DNA of 64,000 nucleotides from Eledone cirrhosa (GCA_964016885.1 OZ024743.1:242234001-242298000); one strand, 5' to 3'. Shown: positions 1-13,130, numbered from the stretch's first letter. The notes: generated by a model not told the origin, from the letters alone. A program made the numbers and translations.

Positions 1-72
1 ATCGACCCCGTAAGGATGAAAGGCAAAGTTAACCTCGGCGGGATTTGAACTCAGAATGGCAAGGGCCGAAAC
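1..72 (-). mobile_element. tRNA-derived SINE fragment (family M), cut by window edge
   Basis: Reverse complement reads GAGTTCAAATCCCGCCGAGGTTAACTTTGCCTTTCATCCTTACGGGGTCGAT: a B-box plus a central domain repeated more than 15 times in the window. From memory the domain resembles MetaSINE-type central domains. Confidence 0.85.
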
Positions 73-1347
73 TCTTTGCTGCAATGTTACCCAACCACAC
101 CTGATCCAATCGACAGTATTCAATCTTATATCATACTGAAAGTATTGATGCTTCCAGTGAATCACACACCAAAGTTCGCCTTTACACTACAGAAATACGT
201 ATAATATACATATCAACATGCATACTTACATTATACATATATACACACACATATGCACGCACATAGATACACACACGCACACGCACACACACATATATAT
301 ATATATATATACACACACGCACACACACACACATATATATATATACACACACATACACACACACAAATATATATATATGCTCACTTTGGTGAACCTACAT
401 TAACTAGACTATATATATATATGTGTGTGTGTGTATAAGTGTATGTACGTACTTATATATGCATATTTAATTTTATATGTATGCCTGTATATATGTGTGT
501 GCGTATGAATGTGTTTATGCATATGTATATACATATACATTTATTTATACATATATATATATATATATCATATATCTATATATATGTATATATATATATA
601 TATAGGCAGATATCTATCTATATATATATATATATATACACACACACATACACACACACACATATATATATATATCCCTATATATGCCTGTAGATATATA
701 TGCCTATATATGCGTATGTCTGCAGTTCATAGATATATATTCCTACTTACATAAGGTGGTGGGTGGTATTTATGGATAAATATGTATCTAACCTATAGAT
801 ACTCAATCACGATTACACATAACTAATAATTTCTATCTACATATTTATGACTAAACATTCTAATAACGGAGAAAGTATATACATGTGTCTATACATGTAT
901 GCATATATGTATATATGTAAGTATATATGTGTGTGCATGTAAAAGTGTATATATGGAGGCATGTAATTAAATAAGGATATATGTACACCATCCTTATATA
1001 ATTACACACATATATATATATATATATACATTTTATGAAATATCCTGACGCTCTAACGCTCTAACATTGATTAAACTTCAGAGATATGTTTCAGATAGCA
1101 TATCAAACGTATACACACGATATCGTTCAAAAGCTCCCACCATATCTGTATTCCTGGAAGCTCCATGAAAATATAGTTGAATTTATGATGAACCATGTTC
1201 AGAGGAGGGCTTATGAAAAATTACAGTCATCAATCTGCAGGAACCGAACAATAACAAAATCAATGGAAACTTCCGAACAATTCATCTCTGGGGCGTCAGT
1301 TCAAATCTTGGGTATTCTAATGTTATTTTTAGATTTGGTATTGTTAT

Positions 1348-1890
1348 TGAATTGGCGGTATCGGTAGAGCGTCGGACATCAGGCTTCGTGGCATAGAGGT
1401 AGCATAGCTCTTTACGTTCTGAGTTCAAATCCCACCGTGGTTGATAAAATAAATCACCAGTAATGCACTGGGTCGATTTAATCAACTTACCCCTCCCCTT
1501 CAAATTACTGGCCTTCTATTTAAAGTAGAAACAATTATTATTAATGTGATGTCCCCTTTCCTTTGCATGATGTAAACCCCACTTTGAGTTGTGTTGTCTT
1601 TGTTTTTGTACTGTCACCAATGTCCTGAGTCCTTGTGACCAATAAATGAAATTATTATTATTAAGGCGATGGATTGGCTGTATCGGTAGAGCGTCGGAGA
1701 ACATGCTTCGCGGCATAGAGATACGACCTTTTACGTTTCGAATTCAAATACCCTCAAGGTTAGCTTTGCTGTTCATCCTTATGGGGTGGACAAAATAAAC
1801 CACCAGTAATATACTGGGTACAATTTAATCGACTTCCCCTCTCCTAAAATTGTTGGCCTTGTGCCTAAAATCAGAAACAATTATTATTAG
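1348..1890 (+). mobile_element. Two family-M SINE copies (~1348-1545, ~1662-1890)
   Basis: A-box-like TGGCGGTATCGGTAGAGC, B-box GTTCAAATCC, central domain and a GAAACAATTATTATT tail. Confidence 0.85.
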
Positions 1891-3110
1891 TCTTATTTTT
1901 ATTGCGTGTCATCACTGTGTTATCGAGCACAGCTTTGTTCACCTTGGGTAGATGCAGTGTTGTTTTTGGTGTTGTTATTTCTATTGTATTGAGAGTACTC
2001 TTCGTAATAAGTGTGCAGTGCCTAGAAGTGCCTTTTATGTATACTATATATGTTTGTAAGTTCTGGAGTTTTCATTATGTATCTGTCTGTGTGCCTTTTC
2101 ATCATTCCCGGAGAGCCTATAAGGATTGTTTCTGTTTCCTTCGTCCACATTCAAGTTATCTCTACCCCCAGATCTTAATATATGGATAATTTTTCCATTC
2201 CCTTGATAGATATATTGTCATCTGTGGGGATTGTTACAACAGTCAGAGGTCAGTTGGCTTTGATTTCCCTGTCTGTGCGTATTGGCATATCCCAGAGTAT
2301 GTCTGATTTGTCATTCTCTCACACTGTTTCTCGTGTGTATCTATAACCTCTATTTTTTGTTGGAATTTCGTAGTGTTGGCATAACTTCCAGTGTGTGTAA
2401 ACCTCAAAACTACTATGACTATAGATTTATTCTTTTTTGGCTAAGACTAGACAGTTAGTGACAAGATGGTTAAGTATTTCTTCCCTACCACCACATATAC
2501 TGCAGTTACGTAGTGTTCTGCTTCATTATGTACTTATGGTATTTTCAAGTGAAGACCCTTTTATTTTATGCTGCAATTAGAAATCCTTCAGTCTCGGCGT
2601 TTATTCCAGATCATCTCAAATAGTTTTTATGAATTTTGCTGGTTCACTTATTCCCTATTCAGAATTTTGAGGTAGAGTTTTGTTTTCGCAGAGCATTCTG
2701 GAGATGTATTTGCAATTTAGATTTTATCTTTTTCACAGTTTCTGCTGTTGTTTTTTCTGTCAATTCAGCTACTGTTTTGGATTTGTTGGCTTCCTTAAAG
2801 ACAGAAAATAATTTTGTTTTGTTCATGTTTCGTGAAGATTTTATTAACTTTCCATTTTTCTTTATTAGAAATTTTTGCCGTCATACAATGGTTATTTTAT
2901 AATAATTTTCTAGCTGCATAAGGCTTCTTTCTACCTGTGATCGTGGTAGATATATTTTTTCTGCATCTGATTATGGGTGATGTATTCTAAATACAGTCAT
3001 AAATTCTCGATTTTTTGTTCAGTCCAGGTAGTTCTGTTAGTGCCCAGCTCAGAATATTAAAACTGTATCTTATTAATGGGATCGCTGGGGTATTGGTGCC
3101 CATTACCCTA
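1885..3110 (-). pseudogene. Degraded, 5'-truncated R4/Dong-clade non-LTR retrotransposon (RT thumb to RLE endonuclease)
   Basis: Broken minus-strand translation gives IPLIRYSFNILSW, IHHP*SDAEKIYLPR, ILWDMPIRTDREIKAN and LLGTAHLLRRVLSIQ*, collinear with the intact ORF at 51004-54396. The 3' end runs into TAA repeats. Confidence 0.85.
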
Positions 3111-3349
3111 CGCAAAAAAGTACCAGTTATTTACTGGAGTTGATATAAAAGACTGTTTCTCTCCTCAAAAATGCCTCACCTTGTGCCTAAATAGCCAATT
3201 ATTATTTTACTGCTCATCGAGTAGAGAAAGACAAAGCACATGACACTTTTCAATGCCTTCGAAACTGATGAGAGGTTTAAAAAGAATGTGCGATTCAAAC
3301 CAGATACCAGGCACAAATGATTACAGCATAGTCTTGTAGTATTGAGCCT

Positions 3350-3710
3350 TCGTCAGTTACTATGATAAATGTCCTAGTTGATGCAATTAACTGGACAGCC
3401 TGATCGTGAACTTAACGCGCAAATGACAGATCATTTCACAGACGCATGTACTTTTAACCTAATTGATTATGGTGTTTGGCTCATAAATGTGTTCGATACC
3501 CTATAGCGTGTTGTGCCCTTTAGCAAGATACTTTATTTCACGTTATCCCATTCCTTGCAACTGGCAAAAATTCAAAGAGCCGGCCTTGACACAAAGTGTC
3601 ACACTGAAGCTCCTGGAGAGTTATGTAAATGGTACGCTTGTCTGTTGAATGCACAGCTACTTGCTCAAACAAGGGGAACACTCGTCGCTGTAACCGACGG
3701 AGGTCCATCA
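3350..3710. mobile_element. CORE-type tRNA-derived SINE remnants (family C)
   Basis: GTTCGATACC B-box followed by GTGTTGTGCCCTTTAGCAAGATACTTTATTTCACGTT on +. The 3350-3460 piece matches the body of the copy at 28260-28560. Confidence 0.65.
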
Positions 3711-4144
3711 CACACACAAGCAATATTTAGTGTGTGTCTTGTATACGCTGTGTGTCTGCATACATACATGTTTAAAACTCATCGCATTTGTGTGTTAAAT
3801 GTGCTGTGTCAGATAATGCGTGAATATGTGTAAATTTGTATATTTAGTATGTATGTGTGGATCTATTTATCCCCTTTAAGAATTATCTTTCCTGTCCCAG
3901 TCACGTCGCGCCAACGCGAGATCAGTGCTGTCCAATTAGAAGAATATGTTCTGTTCGCCATCCTGTCATATCATTTATCGCTGTATGTTTTCAATCCAAA
4001 ATGGCTGACAAAACGGGTGCCGAAGCACGCGTGGAAAGTTTTAGTTTCAGCTAATTGATTTCAGCTGACTAAATTAAATTCTATATATTTATATTTCATA
4101 AATATGTCTGTATATACATATTAACACACACATACTCGCGCACG

Positions 4145-4178
<34 letters not shown>

Positions 4179-4899
4179 AAGAGAGACGGTTTTATTCGTT
4201 TTATATATATAGAGAGAGAGATAGATATAGATATATACAAAAACATGTGTGTGTGTGTGTGTGCATGTATGATTGTGAGCGTGTGTATGTGAATATCTAT
4301 AATTATATATATATGTGTTATTCCTGTGCCGATAAATTGCTTAATTGTCTTATCTATTAAGAAGCTGTCAAAATCAAAATATGTCTGCAATTCTTGCTTT
4401 TAGTTGTGTAGATTGTGACGCTTCTAGCGACACTTTTAATGCTCATGGCGGTTTATCGTGGAGGGGTACTTTCTGCTGCAACAACAACAGCAGCAACAGC
4501 AGCAGTAGTAGTAGTAGCAGCAGCAGCAGCAAGCAACAGCAGCAGTAGCAATAGTAGTAGTAGTAGTAGTAGTAGTAGCAACAGCAATAGTAGTAGTAGT
4601 AGTAGTAGTAGTAGTAGCAGTAGTAGTAGTATTTTGCTGTTGTTGTTTTTGAAGTTGTTTTGCTATTAAATATCGTTATTAAATGATAGCAGAAATATTC
4701 AGACTAAGCTCTGTGTTTTAATTATTGCTAATTTGCATGCAAAGATTATGTTTCCCAGTTTGTATTCTCCTAATTACATTTACCAATGGCTTCCTACTTA
4801 AAACACAACCGTGATATATTTTATCTTTCATATAGATTATAATTACTGCAGTCAGCAAATGGATTCCTCCTTCCATCTCTCTCTCTCTATCTATCTCTG

Positions 4900-4954
<55 letters not shown>

Positions 4955-5612
4955 GTCTCTCTCTATATATATCTCTCTATCTATCTATATATCTATCTAT
5001 CTATCTATCTCTGTCTCTCTATATATATATATATATCTATCTATCTATCTATCTATCTATCTCTGTCTCTCTCTATATATATCTCTCTATCTATCTATAT
5101 ATCTATCTATCTATCTATTTCTCTCTCTCTCCCTCTCTCTTACTTTCTCTTTCCATATCTCTATATACTTGTTATCTCTCTCTATCTCTATCTATCTATC
5201 GCTCCTTTGCACACACTCTCCTTCATTCGTTCTCTCACGCCCTCTCTCTCTCTCTCACTCACGCCCTCTCTCTCTTAATTTTCTCTCTCTATCTTTCTCT
5301 CTCTCTCTTTATATATATATATGTGTGTGTGTGTATATATGTAAGTGTGTGTGTGTGTGCTCTTAAAGGCAGGTCTATTTTCCGATTGCAATTTCTTTAC
5401 TAGAGTTCGTTTTAAACAGAGTTCCTCAATTCATAATTTTATAGACGTTTCTAGACTTTCGCAGTCTCCTCATCTGGCCTGTTGTTGCTTTATATGTCTC
5501 TCTTATTGTAGGTATATGTATTTTATTTTATTTTACATCCCCCGAATTCAAAGCTTTTTCTTACAGGAATTTAAATCTTAAAACTGAACCATTTGACTTA
5601 TAGGTCGTAATT

Positions 5613-5950
5613 CGCGTGTACGACGTGTGTTCGGGTATTCGGGTGTTCGAGTGTACGACGTGTACGACGTGTGTTCGGGTGTTCGGGTGTTCGAGTGTAC
5701 GACGTGTACGACGTGTGTTCGGGTGTTCGGGTGTACGACGTGTGTTCGGGTGTTCGGGTGTTCGGGTGTACGACGTGTGTTCGGGTGTTCGGGTGTTCGG
5801 GTGTTCGGGTGTACGACGTGTGTTCGGGTGTTCGGGTGTTCGGGTGTTCGGGTGTTCGGGTGTACGACGTGTGTTCGGGTGTTCGGGTGTTCGGGTGTTC
5901 GGGTGTACGACGTGTGTTCGGGTGTTCGGGTGTTCGAGTGTTCGAGTGAC
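5613..5950. repeat. CpG-rich composite minisatellite of GTTCGGGT and GTACGACGTGT units
   Basis: Direct reading; it explains the periodic ORFs in all frames here. Confidence 0.95.
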
Positions 5951-6226
5951 TGGTATTGACTTAACATTGGCAATGCCACCAAATAGCGGTACATGTATCA
6001 CTTCCATGATTAAGCGTCGATTTCTGTTCGCAATTCAGTACAATATAAACCAACTGACCGTTAATATCCTCCTCTCCTGTTGAGTGGTGCCGTGTTGTGG
6101 CGTTGTATATAATACAGATAGAGTGTCCCTGTGTGCGTACGCGCGCACATCTATGTGTGTATGCATGTGTGGTGTGCATGCGTGTATGTGTGTGAGAGAG
6201 AAATAGAATACACACACACACAGAAT

Positions 6227-6311
<85 letters not shown>

Positions 6312-6319
<8 letters not shown>

Positions 6320-6515
6320 AGAGTCAGGACCCCAACGGCGGAGCTCCGGCCGTTTCGACAGCTAGATCCGAAATGCTGTCCGATCTAGCTGTCGAAACGA
6401 CCAGAGCTCAGCCGTCGGGGTCCAGACTCTTTTCATATTACCCACTCCAGTACACTAAGTATCGAGTACTCTGGAGCGTTAAGGTCCACCTGGTATCTTA
6501 CCACACTTTCGGTTT
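6312..6515. mobile_element. (AT)n-embedded fold-back element remnant, probably Penelope-like
   Basis: 57-bp imperfect inverted arms at 6312-6368 and 6382-6438. The tail ATTACCCACTC...TAAGTATCGAGTACT...GGTCCACCTGGT is shared with 9114-9195. Confidence 0.6.
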
Positions 6516-6616
6516 TATATATATATATATATAAATGAGAGGTATAGAAAATATTGTAGCAAAAAGCCAACAGTATTCCATAATATATAAGTGACTATAG
6601 CGTCAAAATGGGAAAA

Positions 6617-6695
<79 letters not shown>

Positions 6696-6915
6696 GATAG
6701 ATTCAGTTTGAAACTGGTTAGACCATTCTTCAACACAGTACTCGATACTTGGGTTAGTAGAGTATGGTTATATTATAAAAAGAACCTGGAACTGGCTGTT
6801 TAAACGGCAAGAGCTCAGCCGACTCATTATTATATATATATATATATATAGTGGTAGAACACCGGTAAGGTAATATCCGTAGTGGTAGAGCACTCAGTCC
6901 ATAGGACGAGTTAGG

Positions 6916-7292
6916 TAGAAGTGGTTACACAACAGTTAGTTCACCATACCGAAAACAATTGTTTCACCTTAGCGGATCCTCAGCTCGTAATGGACATGGT
7001 TATACGGAACAGGGGAATAGCCGTTCTTGTTCTTAGCGCAGGAGTAATCCGGATTGAATTACAACAACATCCTAATTTTCTTATCAACTAGAAAATTTCG
7101 GACTTTCGCAATTATCTCTCTTACACCTCTCGCACGCAATTTAGTATTGCCTGTGTGAAGTGATCGTTTCTGCGCCTGCGCGTTCGTACGGTTGTCCTTC
7201 CTGTTCCGTATAACCATGTCCATTACGAACTGAGGATCCGCTAATGTGAAACAATTGTTCTCGGTATGATGAACTAACTGTTGTGTAACGAC

Positions 7293-7297
<5 letters not shown>
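6916..7297. mobile_element. (AT)n-embedded element with ~108-bp inverted arms, each with a hammerhead-like motif
   Basis: Arms at 6916-7023 and 7189-7297. Each contains CTGAGGA-TCCGCTAA(G/T)GT-GAAA-CAATTG-TT. Confidence 0.7.
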
Positions 7298-7389
<92 letters not shown>

Positions 7390-8877
7390 CGGTCTTCCTA
7401 TTTTTGTATTAAACTTACAAAAATGTTTGAATTTCCATATTACATATTTCATATCTTTTACATTTCCGAAATGCATTTTAAAATTTTCCAATACATCTTA
7501 ACTGAAGATTAGATTTTGTATCTTACACTTAAAAACTATTAAAACTGACATTTTACCGATGTCACATGTCAAGTTAATTTTTTTTTTTTTTCGATTCTCG
7601 GATATTTTTTACGATTTATTTAAAACCACATGGCTTTGTGTTACAGTCCTGAAAGCTTAAATTTTACATTTTACATTTCAACATTACATCACCCATCATT
7701 AAGGATTATCATAACCATATCGCATATGAGGAATGACTGAAGAACTGCCTTGTTAACCATCCTATCTTTTTTTTTTTTAGCAGATTGTACAATGTATCCT
7801 TCTTTCTTTAAGGTGGGTGTTATTTGAAAAATAATTTGGTTGAAATTTGGACCCACCATTGTATTTCTCCGAGCCAGCACCATCTGCTCCTATTTACTTT
7901 CAGGATTTTACAACACCAGGGTACTCACATTTTTCAACTCCGTCGACAGGCTTTCTTCTAAATCACTACCACTCGCACCCATACACTATACTACATACCT
8001 TTTCCACCAAGAAACACAAACATCGTTTACTTTTTCATTTTACAACCCCCATTCAGACTTAAAGAACGACCAGTGTCTGAAACATCTTTATCTTCCTCCC
8101 AAAAACTTAAACGCGTTTTATTATACATATATGTGAATGTATGCGTGCGCGTGCTCACATGTGTGTGTGTGTGTGTGCTCGCGTGTGTATGTGCTCACGT
8201 GGGTATGCGTGTTTACGTGTGTGTGTGTGTGCTCACAAGTGTATGTGTACGCCCGCTTGCGTGTGTGTGTGTGTATGTATACTGTGATAGACTTGACAGA
8301 TGTCAGAGCGTTGCATATTTGTTCTGGCTCTCTGCGTTATGAGTTCAAATCCCGCCGAGATTTAGTTTATCTATTTTATCCATTCGGAGTAGATAAAGGA
8401 AGTACCAAGCCAATGTTTGTGTAGCCTGTATTCCTTCCACCTGTCAACAAATAAGAGTAACAGTTTTTCTCTTCCTCACTGTTAATTTCTTTCTGATGAA
8501 GTGAAATAATTATAACGTAATACGATTGAGCATTGGACTATGCAGTCAGCTCATGTAGACGATTATGGAATAGTACAGAAACATATGTTAAAGATTGAAC
8601 ATTCAATAAATTTCACCTTCTGGTCACTTCTTCCTGTCTAGTTCTTCCTGTTTTCCATGGTACTATACTTATATTTATAAATACTTCATGATCTTCTCCT
8701 TGGAAATTCTACCATAACCTTTTTAGCTGGATACCTATGATACGCACTCCAAGGAACACGTTGAGAAAGAAATATTTGGTAAGCAATCTTCTATGATTAT
8801 TTTGTTTACGCATTTGATCTACACAAACGAAATTTAATTTAATTTATCTTATCGAATATACATTTATATATATACAT

Positions 8878-8918
<41 letters not shown>

Positions 8919-8933
8919 TTTTAATATAGAAGC

Positions 8934-8982
8934 GATTCTACACGACTAGAACTGTTTCATTCGTGAGAAATAATCAGGAACC
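8934..8982 (-). ncRNA. Degenerate type I hammerhead motif
   Basis: GGTTC CTGATTA T TTC-TCAC-GAA T GAAA CAG..GTG TA GAATC. Stem I (GGTTC/GAATC) pairs; core G8 is mutated. Homologous to 26333-26383. Confidence 0.55.
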
Positions 8983-9040
8983 TCTGCTATGTATTAAGTA
9001 CCTTACTTACTGTGGTTACCACCGATTCAACCCGGAATAA

Positions 9041-9080
<40 letters not shown>

Positions 9081-9191
9081 AACAAGTAAGACCCCTGGGT
9101 CTTACTTGTTCCTATTACCCACTCTACTACCCTAAGTATTGAGTACTTTGGTGCGTTATGGTCCACCTGGTTCCTTACCACATTTCCTTCG

Positions 9192-9300
<109 letters not shown>

Positions 9301-9420
9301 TATAGACATAGAATATTCGAAAATATTCTGTATGTTTATAATAAACATTTTGAAGACCTAATCGCTATAGAATAGAATACGTCACGTATTACAATTAGAT
9401 TCTCGATAAAAGCAAGGGAA

Positions 9421-9463
9421 GTAATCTACGCGTTTCATTCTTGTTAGAAATCTTCAGGACTAC
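9421..9463 (-). ncRNA. Minimal type I hammerhead ribozyme motif (copy 1)
   Basis: Reverse complement of the motif at 10018-10060. Confidence 0.75.
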
Positions 9464-9730
9464 ATATCCAGTGCTTTTATCGAGAATGACACAGCTAGAG
9501 ACTTATAGAATACTTAGCTGTGTACAGGAACTGGTTTGAAAGAGCGGTTGCCGGTCCGGCAGAAATTAGAAATTGGAATAAATGCTCTGAAATAGCGATA
9601 TATATGTGAATATAGACATAGAATATTCGAAAATATTCTGTATGTTTATAATAAACATTTTGAAGACCTAATCGCTATAGAATAGAATACGTCACGTATT
9701 ACAATTAGATTCTCGATAAAAGCAAGGGAA

Positions 9731-9773
9731 GTAATCTACGCGTTTCATTCTTGTTAGAAATCTTCAGGACTAC
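9731..9773 (-). ncRNA. Minimal type I hammerhead ribozyme motif (copy 2)
   Basis: Reverse complement of the motif at 10018-10060. Confidence 0.75.
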
Positions 9774-10017
9774 ATATCCAGTGCTTTTATCGAGAATGAC
9801 ACAGCTAGAGACTTATAGAATACTTAGCTGTGTACAGGAACTGGTTTGAAAGAGCGGTTGCCGGTCCGGCAGAAATTAGAAATTGGAATAACTCTTTGAT
9901 TGATCCAATTTCTAATTTCTGCCGGACCGGCAACCGCTCTTTCAAACCAGTTCCTGTACACAGCTAAGTATTCTATAAGTCTCTAGCTGTGTCATTCTCG
10001 ATAAAAGCACTGGATAT

Positions 10018-10060
10018 GTAGTCCTGAAGATTTCTAACAAGAATGAAACGCGTAGATTAC
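10018..10060 (+). ncRNA. Minimal type I hammerhead ribozyme motif (copy 3)
   Basis: Stem I GTAGTC/GATTAC, core CTGAAGA, stem II TTCT-AACA-AGAA, GAAA, palindromic stem III ACGCGT, cleavage triplet GTA. Confidence 0.75.
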
Positions 10061-10327
10061 TTCCCTTGCTTTTATCGAGAATCTAATTGTAATACGTGAC
10101 GTATTCTATTCTATAGCGATTAGGTCTTCAAAATGTTTATTATAAACATACAGAATATTTTCGAATATTCTATGTCTATATTCACATATATATCGCTATT
10201 TCAGAGCATTTATTCCAATTTCTAATTTCTGCCGGACCGGCAACCGCTCTTTCAAACCAGTTCCTGTACACAGCTAAGTATTCTATAAGTCTCTAGCTGT
10301 GTCATTCTCGATAAAAGCACTGGATAT

Positions 10328-10370
10328 GTAGTCCTGAAGATTTCTAACAAGAATGAAACGCGTAGATTAC
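10328..10370 (+). ncRNA. Minimal type I hammerhead ribozyme motif (copy 4)
   Basis: Identical to 10018-10060, 310 bp downstream. Confidence 0.75.
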
Positions 10371-10527
10371 TTCCCTTGCTTTTATCGAGAATCTAATTGT
10401 AATACGTGACGTATTCTATTCTATAGCGATTAGGTCTTCAAAATGTTTATTATAAATATACAGAATATTTTCGAATATTCTATGTCTATATTCACATATA
10501 TATCGCTATTTCAGAGCATTTATTCCA

Positions 10528-10640
<113 letters not shown>

Positions 10641-10643
10641 TAT

Positions 10644-10700
<57 letters not shown>

Positions 10701-11133
10701 CTGATGAAGGACTAACTTGATTCATATGTAACCCATTAGCAACCACGCAGCACGTTTATTCTCATATATATATATAAGTATATATATATATATAAGTAAG
10801 TGCCGTACTAAGAGTGAGAAATGAAATTTCGTTTCATTCTATTCTATATATATATATTCGTAAGGGTACAGGCTGGTGTTTGAATGTGCGTGCGTTCAGG
10901 TGAGTTATGTGCGAACAAATTTGATCTTGATATTTGCGTTTTAGATTTTACCTTTCACATTTTGTATTTTCGGTGCAAATAGCTTAAAGAGATTAGAAAA
11001 GCATTAAATAGCTTCTCTATTGTAGCTCTTTGCTTTTCGCTGGAATATATTTACCAACAGAAATAATGCATCCTACCATATCAAATGCACTTTAAGTGAG
11101 CATGTATTGTGATAAATGCTCCATCATCATCAA

Positions 11134-11174
<41 letters not shown>

Positions 11175-11453
11175 TTATTAATTTTTTTTAATATATTTTT
11201 AGTCACTGATTTGTTTACTTTTTAGTTGATGCTGATTTTATTTTGATTTTCCTTTTGTTATTTTATTTTGCCTGTTTCTTTCATCCTAAATTCCAACTGT
11301 TGTTATTTGATCGCTCAATGTAGGTCAACAACACCTTTTATTTAGATTTAAATGCATGCATGACTCTGTATTAGAATGCGTTTCTGGGTGTGAATCTGAG
11401 TGTGTTTGAGAAAGAGAGAGTATATATGTGTATCTACGTGAGTTGCTGACAAG

Positions 11454-11506
<53 letters not shown>

Positions 11507-11645
11507 TAAGTCATTTTTTTCCTACAGCGAGATATATACGCGTGTTTGCATTCGTGTGTATGTAAGACGCTATGCGCATGTATACAAATGCAATCTTTGT
11601 GTTATATATATATTATATATTATATATATATATATATTATGTATA

Positions 11646-11697
<52 letters not shown>

Positions 11698-11735
11698 TTG
11701 TGTGTATATGTGTGTGAGTGTATAAATATTTATAT

Positions 11736-11793
<58 letters not shown>

Positions 11794-12272
11794 TTCAAGA
11801 GTAACCAATCTTAAAGAGAGGGATGGAGATAGGAGAGAAGAGATTGGTGAATTAGTTGGAAGCCAAACCGTAGAGGCATGTGCTCAATGTGCAATACGCA
11901 GTGGAAGGCAGCTAGGTGGCTGGGTTCATGCAGAGGTTAGGTGCACAGAGCTTGAAATATTCATTAGTTAAGCAAAACAAGACCACAAATTTCACAAGGA
12001 AGACATTATTAAAAGATTGTCAACATATTTTATTTTGATGTAAGGAATGTAGAGAATAATAATAATACCAATAATAATAATGTCCGTTTACAATTGTTTC
12101 GCTACTCCATATAATATTTCTGGATCAAATGATTATATATCATTATTGATCTGGTTCAGTTGAAAATAATTAACATAGGTAAAGATAGAGCAGCTCATCG
12201 GAACTTCAAAAGGAATATAAATTAAAATAAGGAAAGAATGTTGCATAAATGTAATGTTCCATATGTTGAAAT

Positions 12273-12447
12273 ACCGTTTTCAACATTTTCTCGACCCTCT
12301 TTGAAAGCTTTCTGCCACTTAAAACATTACTGCTTGATAGAATGGCATCTCCATAAGCTTATGTTAAAGAATCATATGTTTCTGTGGCAGATTTGTTGAG
12401 TTTCACACAAAATTGATAGCGGTCCGTTATTCGGTATTTTCCTGCAT
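12273..12447 (-). pseudogene. Mariner (Mos1-like) transposase N-terminal HTH remnant
   Basis: Frameshifted translation MQENTE*RTAI/FCVKLNKSATETYDSLT*AYGDAILS/FKWQKAFKEGRENVE matches the typical mariner paired-like HTH pattern. Confidence 0.8.
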
Positions 12448-12585
12448 CGTAAACGTAACAGACGTTATAAACACGTTTGTATATAAACAACAATAACTCA
12501 TGACTGACTCAGTCGATGATGTTGAAACAGGAATTACGTGCAACCAAGGCCACAAGCAACACGCCTATATATATATATATATATA

Positions 12586-13130
12586 TAATTGTTTCTACTT
12601 CTTGGCACAAGGCCAGCAATTACTCAGTATATTACTGGTACTCTATTTTATCGACCCCGTAAGGATGAAAGGCAAAGTTAACCTCAACGGGATTTGAACT
12701 CAGAATGGCAAGGGCCGTAACTCTATGCGTCAAAGCATGGCGTCCGACCCTTTATATATATATATAATTGTTTCTACTTTTGGCCAAGGCCAGCAATTAC
12801 CCAGTGCATTACTGGTACTTTATTTTATCGACTCCGTAAGGAGGAAAGGCAAAGTTAACCTCAGCGGGATTTGAACTCAGAATGGCAAGGGCCGTAACTC
12901 TATGCGTCAAAGCATGGCGTCCGACCCTTTATATATTTATATAATTGTTTCTACTTTTGGCACAAGGCCAGCAATTAACCAGTGCATTACTGGTACTTTA
13001 TTTTATCGACCCCGTAAAGATGAAAGGCAAAGTCAACCTCGGCGGGATTTGAACTCAGACCGTAAAGGGACGTAACTATGCTGGAAAGCATGGCGTCCAA
13101 CGCTCTACCGATACTGCCAATCCACCATAA
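12586..13130 (-). mobile_element. Three tandem family-M SINE copies
   Basis: Repeated TTGTTTCTACT...GGCCAGCAATT...GGATTTGAACTCAG blocks separated by short (AT)n. Confidence 0.9.

Noticed and set aside
182-754. Many YI/HT/CV-repeat ORFs here and throughout the window
   Set aside because: They are translations of (AT)n, (AC)n and (CATA)n microsatellites.
1086-1367. 93-aa non-repetitive ORF as a possible host exon
   Set aside because: No recognisable domain, weak splice signals, and it runs into a SINE.
8484-8520. CTGATGA-AGT-GAAA-TAATTA-TA hammerhead-like string
   Set aside because: No stem II and no stem I pairing; at best a heavily decayed remnant.
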